Source of the DNA: an uncultured beta proteobacterium
GTDB lineage: Bacteria > Pseudomonadota > Gammaproteobacteria > Burkholderiales > SG8-39
DNA length: 64,000 nt
Direction of reading: 5' to 3'
Assembly: GCA_963811085.1 (NCBI GenBank)
Contig: CAWEPV010000010.1
Span: 35,399-99,398 of the forward strand
Below are positions 50,101 to 60,119 of this stretch, one piece after another. Below the pieces are notes generated by a model that saw only the letters and a program-made list of their open reading frames with translations, did not search any database and was not told where the DNA came from. Position 1 is the stretch's first letter. Each line of letters opens with the position of its first letter. The position numbers and the translations under genes are program-made.

Positions 50101-50427
50101 ATGAAGATCTTAAAGAACATGCTGGCCGTTGTGGCCGTTGTGACCTTTGCCGCGCTTAGCCCGAGCGCGACGGCCGTACCGACGGGAAAGACGATCGAGT
50201 TTAACGGTGGGCCGATGGGCACGGTCCATTTCAGCGGCAAGGTACATGCCGACGCGGGGCTCAAGTGCAACGCGTGCCACACCAAGATTTTCAAGATGAA
50301 GAAGGGCGGGGACAAGATCACGATGGCCGCGATCAACAAGGGCGAGTTCTGCGGCACCTGCCACAACGGGGAAAAAGCGTTCAAGTCTTCCGACCCGAAG
50401 AACTGCAAGACCTGCCACAAGAAGTAA
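50101..50427 (+). CDS. Periplasmic triheme c7-type cytochrome
   Basis: Signal peptide; CNACH, CGTCH, CKTCH; ITM..I..G.FC motif; GGAGG RBS. Confidence 0.9.
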   Translation: MKILKNMLAVVAVVTFAALSPSATAVPTGKTIEFNGGPMGTVHFSGKVHADAGLKCNACHTKIFKMKKGGDKITMAAINKGEFCGTCHNGEKAFKSSDPKNCKTCHKK

Positions 50428-50442
50428 TCCCGCGATCCTGAC

Positions 50443-50465
50443 CGGCCCCGGGTGCGCCGGGGCCG
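50443..50465. terminator. GC-rich hairpin between convergent genes
   Basis: CGGCCCCGG-GTGCG-CCGGGGCCG; no U-tract. Confidence 0.5.
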
Positions 50466-51260
50466 TCAGCCGAGCAGGCGCTGGGCGGCCTCTCCTCTCT
50501 CTGCGACCGCGCGTGGCGGCCGCGAGAGCCACATCTGGTACATCGACACGAGCCACATGTAGACGAACGACAGCGCCATGAGGGCGCCGGCGAAGATCAC
50601 GACTCCGGCGAAGGGATGGTACAGCTTGGTGAAGTACCACGAGCTGACGTCAAGCACCAGCGCCAGGAACGGCGCCGCCATGACGGTGCACTTGAACCAC
50701 ACCGGGCGCAGGAAAGCATGGCTGAAAATGAGCCCCATAATGAAGAAGACGAACGTGAGGCCGAAAAGGTGAATGTGCGACACGCGCACCAGCGTGAATA
50801 TTCCGGTGCCGGTGTCGATTTCGGTCACTTTCTTCAGGTTGTCGTAGCCGTTTAGGTTCGGCAGGTGCGGGTTGCTGCCGTCGTGGCAGGCCATGCAGCG
50901 CTGGTCGAGTACGGGCTTGATCGTGTTTTCGTACTGCGCACGGTCCGAGCCGCGCTCCACCCAGGTAATGATCTGGTTCATCTCGTCGTGCGGAAGCATG
51001 CTCGACATCGGTCCGCGCAGCGCGGCTTCGAGGCGCGAAGTCTTGCCGCTGCCGCTGTAGGCGACCACGATGTCCTGGTAGGTCAGGATCAGCGGATTCC
51101 CCCCCGCGCGCCCGGCGTAGCTGTGATACAGGTAGATCCCCGCGAACAGATACGCCAGTGCAAGCACCAGCAGTGCGCACGTATAAAGGACGCGCAGGCT
51201 GTAGGGCAGCTCCGAATAATGCAGATAGAAGCGGTGTACGGGGGTGGGCGCATCAGTCAT
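50466..51260 (-). CDS. Membrane-bound monoheme cytochrome c-like protein
   Basis: CMACH in a soluble loop; N-terminal TM plus about three C-terminal TMs with VSHIHLFG. Confidence 0.75.
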   Translation of the reverse strand: MTDAPTPVHRFYLHYSELPYSLRVLYTCALLVLALAYLFAGIYLYHSYAGRAGGNPLILTYQDIVVAYSGSGKTSRLEAALRGPMSSMLPHDEMNQIITWVERGSDRAQYENTIKPVLDQRCMACHDGSNPHLPNLNGYDNLKKVTEIDTGTGIFTLVRVSHIHLFGLTFVFFIMGLIFSHAFLRPVWFKCTVMAAPFLALVLDVSSWYFTKLYHPFAGVVIFAGALMALSFVYMWLVSMYQMWLSRPPRAVAERGEAAQRLLG

Positions 51261-51309
51261 CTTCGATTCCTCTCGTTCTTACAGACCGGAGCGCCGTGGC
51301 GCCCAGCTG

Positions 51310-52548
51310 TCACTGGCACGGCAGCGTCACGTACACGACCGGGCGCGCGCGCTGGCTGGCATAGTAGGCCGCCAGTGCGCCGATATCCGCCGGGGTCAGC
51401 AGCGCCGTCATTGCCGACATGATGTCGCTCTTGCGCTTCCCGGTCTGGTAGGCGCGCAGTGCCTGCTCCAGGTAGTCGAAGCGCTGTGCCGCGAGCGCCG
51501 GGATGCGCGGGTCCTTGCTGTTGCCGTTGTCGCCGTGGCAGCGATCGCAGCGTGCGACCCACTGCGACGGTGAAAGGGGTGCGCGCACGTTGGCCGGTCG
51601 CTTGGGCTCCAGCGAAGCGTAGTACGCCGCCAGATTCTTCGTCGCGCCATCGTCGAGCCCTCCCGCAATGCCGCTCATCGCCGGATCGCTCCGTGCGCCG
51701 CTCTTGTATGCGTGCAGCGCCTTCACAAAATACTCGGCATCCTGGCCGGCGAGGCTCGGCGTGGCGGGATTTCCGCTGATGCCGCGCTCGCCGTGGCAAC
51801 CGACGCACGCCTCAGCGTCTTTCTTGCCCGCCTCCCCGTCCCCTTTGGCCGGCGTGTTCGCGCGGGCGGGCTTCTGCAGGGCGAAATACAGCGCGAGCGA
51901 CTTGATCTCCGAGTCATTGAGCGAGTCGACCATCGACTTCATCGTGTCGTCCTTGCGCTGCCCGTTCTTGTAGGAGAACATTGTCGCGGCCAGGTATTTG
52001 GGATCCTGGCCGACGAGGCTCGGCATGCCAGGCGTGCTGCTGACACCGTTGTCGCCGTGACAGCCGGCGCAACCGGCCGCCGCCGCAGCGGCGGTCTGAA
52101 GCGTGGAGCCCTTGGCGGCCGCGGCAGCCGCTCCGCGCAGCGGCACCGGCCGCGCCGGCTCGAGGCTCGCGTAGTAGGCCGAGACCTGGACCAGCGCCTT
52201 GTCGCTGAGGAACTTCACCGCCCGCGCCATGGCTTCGTTGCTGCGCTTGCCCGTCTTGTAGGCGTTCAGATCGAGATAGACGTAGGCCGCGCGCTGACCC
52301 GCGATGTGGGGAATTCCGGGAATCGTGCTCTGCCCGAGCAGCCCGTGACAGACCGCGCACGATCCTTCGGCGACGGCCTTGCCTTCTGCGATATCCTCGG
52401 TGCCCGCGTACACGGCCCGGAAATCATCGCCCTTGCGCGCCGTCACCGTCGTCACCTGGGCGGCTGCCAGCGAAACGTAGGCCGCGAGCGCAAAGCCTGC
52501 GCAAGCGGCAAACAACGCCCGGATTGCAGCATGACTACTGCGCTTCAT
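51310..52548 (-). CDS. Periplasmic tetraheme cytochrome c (four c4/c553-type domains)
   Basis: Signal peptide; CAVCH, CAGCH, CVGCH, CDRCH, each with a downstream axial-type Met. Confidence 0.9.
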   Translation of the reverse strand: MKRSSHAAIRALFAACAGFALAAYVSLAAAQVTTVTARKGDDFRAVYAGTEDIAEGKAVAEGSCAVCHGLLGQSTIPGIPHIAGQRAAYVYLDLNAYKTGKRSNEAMARAVKFLSDKALVQVSAYYASLEPARPVPLRGAAAAAAKGSTLQTAAAAAAGCAGCHGDNGVSSTPGMPSLVGQDPKYLAATMFSYKNGQRKDDTMKSMVDSLNDSEIKSLALYFALQKPARANTPAKGDGEAGKKDAEACVGCHGERGISGNPATPSLAGQDAEYFVKALHAYKSGARSDPAMSGIAGGLDDGATKNLAAYYASLEPKRPANVRAPLSPSQWVARCDRCHGDNGNSKDPRIPALAAQRFDYLEQALRAYQTGKRKSDIMSAMTALLTPADIGALAAYYASQRARPVVYVTLPCQ

Positions 52549-52641
52549 GAACCTTTCCTCTGCAACGAAAGATTGGATGTTCGACTCGCGTAGTTTAACT
52601 TCTAAAAAGCCGCCAGCCTAACGGGCCCGGGGAAAGCGCGG

Positions 52642-52655
52642 TTGATGCAAATCAA
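52642..52655. promoter_or_regulatory. Perfect FNR/ANR/DNR box
   Basis: TTGAT-GCAA-ATCAA, about 95 nt upstream of the tetraheme start. Confidence 0.75.
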
Positions 52656-52751
52656 ATCGAACCCGCGTCAGGGGCCGGAGGATTGTACGACAGTAGAGCG
52701 CGGCGCCCGGCAATCGGGCGATAATCCCGCCGCCAAAGGAGGAGTCAGCGC

Positions 52752-53207
52752 TTGAACGCCACCGCAATCCCCGAGGGCTTCCGCGCCCTCAACCTGCCGC
52801 GCAATCCCTTCATAGAGGCCAACGGCCCCCTGTACGGCCGGCTCGAAGGCGGCAGTTTCGTCATGGGATTCCTGTGCCAGACGAAGCACTGCAACCCGAT
52901 GATGGTGTGCCACGGCGGAATGGTGGCGACGCTGGCCGACATGCTGCTGCTGCTCGGCACCAACATCCAGACCGGGCTCGGCCAGTTCCTGCTCACCGTG
53001 AGCCTGGATGTCGATTTCGTCGCCCCGGTGAAGTTGGGCGACTGGCTGGAAGGCCGCACAGAGGTACTGCGCGCCGGCAAGAGCATCATCTTCACTCAGG
53101 GGCGCATGACGGTGCGCGGAGAACCCGTTGCGCGCGTCAACGCCGTGCTCAAGCCGAGCGGCAAGCCGCTCGCGGATTTCACTCCCGGGCGCTATTTCAG
53201 CGAGTAA
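52752..53207 (+). CDS. PaaI family thioesterase
   Basis: HCNPMMVCHGG...LAD; TTG start after AGGAGG. Confidence 0.85.
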   Translation: MNATAIPEGFRALNLPRNPFIEANGPLYGRLEGGSFVMGFLCQTKHCNPMMVCHGGMVATLADMLLLLGTNIQTGLGQFLLTVSLDVDFVAPVKLGDWLEGRTEVLRAGKSIIFTQGRMTVRGEPVARVNAVLKPSGKPLADFTPGRYFSE

Positions 53208-53211
53208 GGCG

Positions 53212-54303
53212 ATGGCCTCGCCCCGCTCTCATCGCGTCGCGGTCATCAAGGGCGACGGCATCGGGCCCGAGCTAGTCGACGCCGCCCTGCTCGTTCTCGA
53301 GGCGGCAAAGGAAGCGCTCGGCTTCGCACTCGAGATCGACCTGCGCGAAGGCGGCGCGGAGTTCTACCGCAGGACAGGCGCGAGCCTCGCGCCCGAGTCC
53401 TTCGAGGCGATCAAACGCGCCGATGCCGCGATGAAGGGCCCGGTGGGCCTGCCCGAGGTGCGCCTGCCCGACGGCACCGAGGCGGGGCTGCTCGGCGGCG
53501 TGCTGAGGATCGGGCTGGACGCCTACGCCAACGTGCGCCCGGTGCGGCTCCTGCCCGGCGTCGAGGCGCCGCTCAAGGCGAATGCGGGAGAAATCGACTA
53601 CGTGGTCGTGCGCGAGAACACCGAGGGCCTGTACCTGTCGCGCGGCAAGGGCGTCGGCACGAGCGAGGCGATGGCCGACACGATGCTCGTCACGCGCAAA
53701 GGCGTCGAGCGCGTCGCGCGCTACGCCTTCGAGCTCGCGCGAAGGAGGAGCGGCGCGCCCGAGGACGGCAAGCGCCGCGTCACCTGCGTCGACAAAGCCA
53801 ACGTACTGGCCTCGCTGGCGTTCTTCCGCCGCGTCTTCGACGAAGTCGGGGAAGCCTACCCCGACGTCGAGCGCGAGTATCTCTACGCCGACGCCGCGGC
53901 GCAGGCGCTGGTGCTGCACCCGCAGCGGCTCGACGTTCTGGTGATGGAGAACTTCCTCGGCGACATCCTTTCCGACCTCGGTGGCGCCACAGTCGGCGGG
54001 ATCGGCCTGTGCCCGTCGGGCAACATCGGCGATCGCCATGCGTATTTCGAACCGATCCACGGCAGTGCGCCCGACATCGCCGGTCAGGACAAGGCCAACC
54101 CCGTATCGCAGGTGCTTTCCGCCGCGCTCATGCTCGATCACCTGGGCGAGCGCGGCGCCGCCGAGCTGATCCGGCGCGCAGTCGACGCGGCGCTCGCGCA
54201 GAAGAAACTCGTCCTGAGCCGCTTCGGCCAGCCCGAAGCCGGCACCAGACACGCCGCCGAAACCCTCGCCGCCACCGTGCGCGCGCTTGCACCGCGGCAA
54301 TAG
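53212..54303 (+). CDS. Isocitrate/isopropylmalate/tartrate dehydrogenase family protein
   Basis: GDGIGPE, VRENTEG.Y, VDKANV, N..GDILSD, EPIHGSAPDIAG. Confidence 0.92.
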   Translation: MASPRSHRVAVIKGDGIGPELVDAALLVLEAAKEALGFALEIDLREGGAEFYRRTGASLAPESFEAIKRADAAMKGPVGLPEVRLPDGTEAGLLGGVLRIGLDAYANVRPVRLLPGVEAPLKANAGEIDYVVVRENTEGLYLSRGKGVGTSEAMADTMLVTRKGVERVARYAFELARRRSGAPEDGKRRVTCVDKANVLASLAFFRRVFDEVGEAYPDVEREYLYADAAAQALVLHPQRLDVLVMENFLGDILSDLGGATVGGIGLCPSGNIGDRHAYFEPIHGSAPDIAGQDKANPVSQVLSAALMLDHLGERGAAELIRRAVDAALAQKKLVLSRFGQPEAGTRHAAETLAATVRALAPRQ

Positions 54304-54350
54304 ATGCTCCTAGCATCCTCCGCATGCCGGTCAATCAGAAGTTAACCCGC

Positions 54351-54566
54351 ATGCCAGTGCCAAGCGTCGACCGCGCAGTGCTGATGCGGATTGCCCTGGG
54401 AAGTTTGGTCGGCCTGGTTGGCGGTGCGGCGCTTGGCGCTTTCACCGGAGGAATCGCCGCGCTATTTGCTCCAGAGGAGTTTTCCAGCACGGGACTTTTA
54501 GAATTTGTTCTTATCATGGCCGGCGCTGGTACTGTCGCAGGCTTGATCCAGGGGTCGCTGCATTGA
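54351..54566 (+). CDS. Small two-TM Gly-rich hypothetical protein
   Basis: Hydrophobic GxxxG-rich helices; start uncertain (54324 or 54351). Confidence 0.5.
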   Translation: MPVPSVDRAVLMRIALGSLVGLVGGAALGAFTGGIAALFAPEEFSSTGLLEFVLIMAGAGTVAGLIQGSLH

Positions 54567-54610
54567 GCGCGAAGCGTATAACAGCACCGCCTTGGGCATA
54601 AGGAAGAGCG

Positions 54611-55117
54611 ATGAACACGCGAATTACCGTCCTGCTTTTGGCTTTGGCCGCCACTTTCGGTGGCACTGCCCAGGCGACGCCGCTGGATGAGCTTGGCGGA
54701 ACGCCGGTGTCCAAACTCGAGTTCGGCAGTTTCAAGCTCGAGGTTGCGCTCACGTCAATCAAGGACTGGCCCTCCCCCGTTGAAGGCGCGAGCGTGTCGT
54801 ACAAACGCGATCCGGACCAAATCGAAATACTCATCGCCTTAAGGGAAGTCCCCACTGATTCGTTTCGCACCGCGTGTGCCAAGACCGTTGCGCGAGTGCG
54901 CAAGTTTTTGTATGTGGACGCCAACGGAGTCGCTCCGATGGGACGGTCGTTCTTGGGCTCCTACTATCGGGGCCTGTGGAAGGGAGCTCAACGGGAAGCC
55001 GCGCTGCGCGCATTGGACACCGATACGCTGATACGGGTGGATGTCGTCGGACGGGGGAGTTGCCAAGCCGCGCTGATTAAGGCTCCAATCACGTTTGATG
55101 CGCTATCCCCGAGATAA
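54611..55117 (+). CDS. Exported hypothetical protein
   Basis: AAGGAAG RBS, signal peptide ending AQA, two Cys. Confidence 0.65.
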   Translation: MNTRITVLLLALAATFGGTAQATPLDELGGTPVSKLEFGSFKLEVALTSIKDWPSPVEGASVSYKRDPDQIEILIALREVPTDSFRTACAKTVARVRKFLYVDANGVAPMGRSFLGSYYRGLWKGAQREAALRALDTDTLIRVDVVGRGSCQAALIKAPITFDALSPR

Positions 55118-55246
55118 AACCAACAGGACAAGAAATGGCGGACACCCTTACGCTGCTCGGCTTCATCTACCCGGAATACGGCCCCGCAGACGCGACCAGC
55201 ACCACGATGACGCTGCACCAGGTCAGGTTCGCCGCGCGGCACGGCC

Positions 55247-56041
55247 ATGGCGGCTGACGCGCGACCGGGCCGGCTCGCCGGACGCGCCGCGCTCGTCACC
55301 GGTGCGAGCCGCGGCATCGGGCGCGCGATTGCGCTGCGCTACGCCGAGGAAGGCGCGGATCTGTTTCTGACCGCGACCAACGAGGCGAAGCTGGAGGAAA
55401 CGCGGCAGCTCGCCGCGGCGCACGGCGGCAAGGTCGTCACGCACCTGGCCGACGTGAGCGGGCGCGCCGCAGTCGAGGCGATGGTCGGCGAAGCGGTGAA
55501 GAAACTCGGGCGCATCGACGTGCTGGTCAACAACGCGGGCGTGTACAAAGCGGCGCGCCTGGTCGACACCACGCCCGAGGACTTCGACCGCATCATGAAG
55601 GTCAATCTCTACGGCGCGTTCAACGTGATGCAGTTCGTGCTGCGGCACATGCAGGCCAGGAAGAGCGGCAAGGTGGTTAACATCGCGTCCACCGCAGGCA
55701 AGTGGATGTCGATGAACCAGAGCGCCTACAACGCCTCCAAGCACGCGCTGGTGGGGCTGACGCGCTGCGCCGCGCTCGAGATGGGGCCCTTCGGCGTGAA
55801 CGTTAACGCGATCTGCCCCGGCTTCGTCGAGACCGACATGCTGGAAGAGTTCCGCGCCCACGGCGAGATCCTCGGCATGCCGTTCGACAAGGTGAAGGAG
55901 GCGGGCCTCGCGCGCGTCCCTTTGAAGCGCTTTCTCAAACCCGAAGAGATCGCACAGCTCGCGATCTATCTCGGTTCGGGCGAGTCCGACGGCATGACCG
56001 GCCAGTCGATCCTGCTCGACGGCGGCATGCTGGTGGTTTGA
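55247..56041 (+). CDS. SDR family NAD(P)-dependent oxidoreductase
   Basis: TGASRGIG, NNAG, YNASK, NAICPGFVETDM. Confidence 0.92.
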   Translation: MAADARPGRLAGRAALVTGASRGIGRAIALRYAEEGADLFLTATNEAKLEETRQLAAAHGGKVVTHLADVSGRAAVEAMVGEAVKKLGRIDVLVNNAGVYKAARLVDTTPEDFDRIMKVNLYGAFNVMQFVLRHMQARKSGKVVNIASTAGKWMSMNQSAYNASKHALVGLTRCAALEMGPFGVNVNAICPGFVETDMLEEFRAHGEILGMPFDKVKEAGLARVPLKRFLKPEEIAQLAIYLGSGESDGMTGQSILLDGGMLVV

Positions 56042-56044
56042 GCG

Positions 56045-56260
56045 CTACTTGCGCGCGGCCTTCTTCGCCGCCTGCCGTTCCTTCTCCAGGCGAGTGACCT
56101 TTTCCAGCTCGCGCTGCTTCGCTTCCCGCCGCGCTTTCACTTCCTGCAGGCGCTCCTCCTCCGTCGGCGGCTCCCAGTCGAGGAACTTGGGTCGCGAGCG
56201 GCGGAAGTATTCGGCGGAAGACTCGGTCTGCCGCGCCTTGGCCTTGTTCGCTTTGCTCAC
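56045..56260 (-). CDS. Small highly charged hypothetical protein (71 aa)
   Basis: GTG overlapping the upstream stop; Lys/Glu/Arg-rich coiled-coil-like sequence. Confidence 0.6.
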   Translation of the reverse strand: MSKANKAKARQTESSAEYFRRSRPKFLDWEPPTEEERLQEVKARREAKQRELEKVTRLEKERQAAKKAARK

Positions 56261-56451
56261 GCGCGCCTCGGCCACGACGCCCGCTTGACCGCTTCGCCCG
56301 CGCGCTTCGGCTCCGGCTCCGGCGGGCGGCTCGCGGTATACGCGCCCCTGACGGTGCGCACCGCGGCGCCGGCCGCGACGGGCCGCGCGTCGCATTCCAG
56401 GACGCCGCACCAAAATGCCGAACGCGTCAACTTTTCGTCGCTCGCATCCAT
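56257..56451 (-). CDS. Small hypothetical protein (64 aa)
   Basis: ATG after GGAGGGGAG RBS; stop coupled to the next gene. Confidence 0.5.
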   Translation of the reverse strand: MDASDEKLTRSAFWCGVLECDARPVAAGAAVRTVRGAYTASRPPEPEPKRAGEAVKRASWPRRA

Positions 56452-56530
56452 CTCCCCTCCCCCTTCGGCCAGCTTACAGCTACTCTAGACCTTTTTTCCG
56501 CATCCCGAACAACTTTTCCCGAGGTACTGC

Positions 56531-57022
56531 ATGCAATCGCTCACCGTCCTGGGCAGCGCCGTCGGCGATCTGCTCAAGTCGCGCAAGCACACCCTTGCGG
56601 TGGCAGAGTCCTCCGCCGGCGGCCTGATCAACGCTTCGCTGGTCGCCGTTCCGGGCGCCTCCGCCTACTATCTCGGCGGCCTGATCGTCTACACCTACGC
56701 CGGGCGTGAAGCGCTGCTCGGGATCGGCAATGAAGACATGAAGGGCCTGCGCTCGGCGACGGAGCCCTACGCGCTGCTCATGGCACGCCGCGTGCGCGAT
56801 AAGCTCGGCGCCACCTGGGGCCTGGCGGAGACCGGCGCCAGCGGGCCGAGCGGAAACCGCTACGGCGACGCGCCGGGACACGCGTGTATCGCGGTCAGCG
56901 GGCCGGTGGAAGCGGCGGTGACGCTGGAGACGGGGCGCGACGCGCGCGAGGCGAACATGTGGGCCTTCGCGCAGCGGGCCATCGAGCTGCTGCAGCAATG
57001 CCTGCGCGAGGCGGGCGGCTAG
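56531..57022 (+). CDS. CinA/PncC family protein
   Basis: AVAESSAGG, PGASAYY, ETGASGP. Confidence 0.88.
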   Translation: MQSLTVLGSAVGDLLKSRKHTLAVAESSAGGLINASLVAVPGASAYYLGGLIVYTYAGREALLGIGNEDMKGLRSATEPYALLMARRVRDKLGATWGLAETGASGPSGNRYGDAPGHACIAVSGPVEAAVTLETGRDAREANMWAFAQRAIELLQQCLREAGG

Positions 57023-57309
57023 TGCTTGCCGAGCAGCTCTGAAATCTTGAAACTGCCGGTGAAATCGAGGTCGCTCTCGGGCGCGGCCGGCGATGATTCA
57101 AGCAGATGCAAGCTTTCGAGCTGCACCAGCCAGTGTTCGATCTGCGCGTCGCCGAAGTCACGCAGCAAAGCGCGGATCGAATCGGGGTGGGTATCTTCGG
57201 CGATCATTCCCAGGATGCGCCGGCACTGCACCGACAACCCGGGATTTCTCTCTTCCCAGGCTTTCTGGCCGGCCTCAGTCCGCCGATAGATTCTGTCGCT
57301 CGTTGCCAT
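57019..57309 (-). CDS. Hypothetical protein; standalone homologue of the N-terminal domain of 29137..29931
   Basis: Shared IYRRT..G, RRILG, TH.D.IR.LLR.F.D, WL..(L/M)E, DLDFTG. Confidence 0.8.
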   Translation of the reverse strand: MATSDRIYRRTEAGQKAWEERNPGLSVQCRRILGMIAEDTHPDSIRALLRDFGDAQIEHWLVQLESLHLLESSPAAPESDLDFTGSFKISELLGKH

Positions 57310-57467
57310 TCACCCCCCGAACCCCGCAACCCCCTTTAGATCCGCTTGACATGCTTGCACCGCGGCGGCCCGCGGGGCAAGAGCTTTAATGGATTTTTAC
57401 GCAATAGTTTGACAGCACTATCTGGAGTAGCATCGCTCGGGGGGCTCAAGCGAGAGGAGGCCACAAC

Positions 57468-59120
<1,653 letters not shown>

Positions 59121-59133
59121 AGGAGGAGCGCCG

Positions 59134-59382
59134 ATGCAGATTCTGCCCCATGACCTCGACCACGAATTTCCCGAGTTTTCCGGCCGGATGCACGATCTCA
59201 GGGTGCGCGACCCGAAGCTCGGCAACCTGTTCGAGCAGTACGACAGGGTGAACGGCGCCATCGTCGACATCGAGGAAAACGACAAGCTGTTCCAGGACGC
59301 GGAATTCGAGGAAATGAAGAAAAAGCGCCTGCGCATCAAGGACGAAATCTACTCCGCCCTTCGCGCCCACAGGCCGGACTAG
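59134..59382 (+). CDS. YdcH/DUF465 family protein
   Basis: HEFPE, KKKRLRIKDEI; GGAG RBS. Confidence 0.85.
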   Translation: MQILPHDLDHEFPEFSGRMHDLRVRDPKLGNLFEQYDRVNGAIVDIEENDKLFQDAEFEEMKKKRLRIKDEIYSALRAHRPD

Positions 59383-60119
59383 CGCAGCAGCAGCGGGACG
59401 CCGCTCAGCGCCAGCGTCAGGCACACCAGGCGGCGAAACGACGTCTCGGCGAGATCCAGCGTGACGCGATCGCCGATCCAGATCCCCGCCAGCATCGGCG
59501 TGAGAGCCGCGGCGAACAGCCACCAAGATTCCGCGCTGAACTCGCCGGCCAGCCAGTAGCCGACGCCGCGCGCGAGGCTGAGCGCCAGCAGCATCGCCGA
59601 CCCCGTCGCGCGGAAGGCTTCCCGGTTCAGGCGCCGCGTGTCGAGGAACATGGCGTAGAACACGCTCGCCATGGCGCCGAACATGGCGCCCACCGCGCCG
59701 GAGAGCGCGGCCGCGAGCGGTCCCAGGATGCGCGGCGCACGGACGCTCCCGCGCAGCGAGTAGGCCGCGTACAGCAGCACCGCCACGCCGAGCGCCCGCG
59801 AGAGGATGCGTTCCTCGAGCGAGGCGAAAAGCAGCAACCCCACCGCCACGCCGATTCCGCACCACGGAAGGAAAGCGAGGAACGCGGCGCGATCCACGTG
59901 GCGTCGCTCGCGCCCGAGAATCGCGAGCGACGAGGTGAACCCGAGCAGCGTCCACACCGGCACCAGCGTCTTGATCGGCACCACCAGCGCGAGCAGCGGC
60001 ATGCCGATCGCGCCGCCGAAGCCCGTGCTGCCGCGCAGGCCGTAGGCGAGCAAAATCACGCCCACACAGTAGCCCAGTTCCCAGGCCGATAGGCCCGCCA
60101 GGGCGTCAATCGCGCTCAC
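59379..60119 (-). CDS. Sulfite exporter TauE/SafE family protein
   Basis: G.TGFGG, FRAT motifs; about 8 TMs. Confidence 0.82.
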   Translation of the reverse strand: MSAIDALAGLSAWELGYCVGVILLAYGLRGSTGFGGAIGMPLLALVVPIKTLVPVWTLLGFTSSLAILGRERRHVDRAAFLAFLPWCGIGVAVGLLLFASLEERILSRALGVAVLLYAAYSLRGSVRAPRILGPLAAALSGAVGAMFGAMASVFYAMFLDTRRLNREAFRATGSAMLLALSLARGVGYWLAGEFSAESWWLFAAALTPMLAGIWIGDRVTLDLAETSFRRLVCLTLALSGVPLLLR

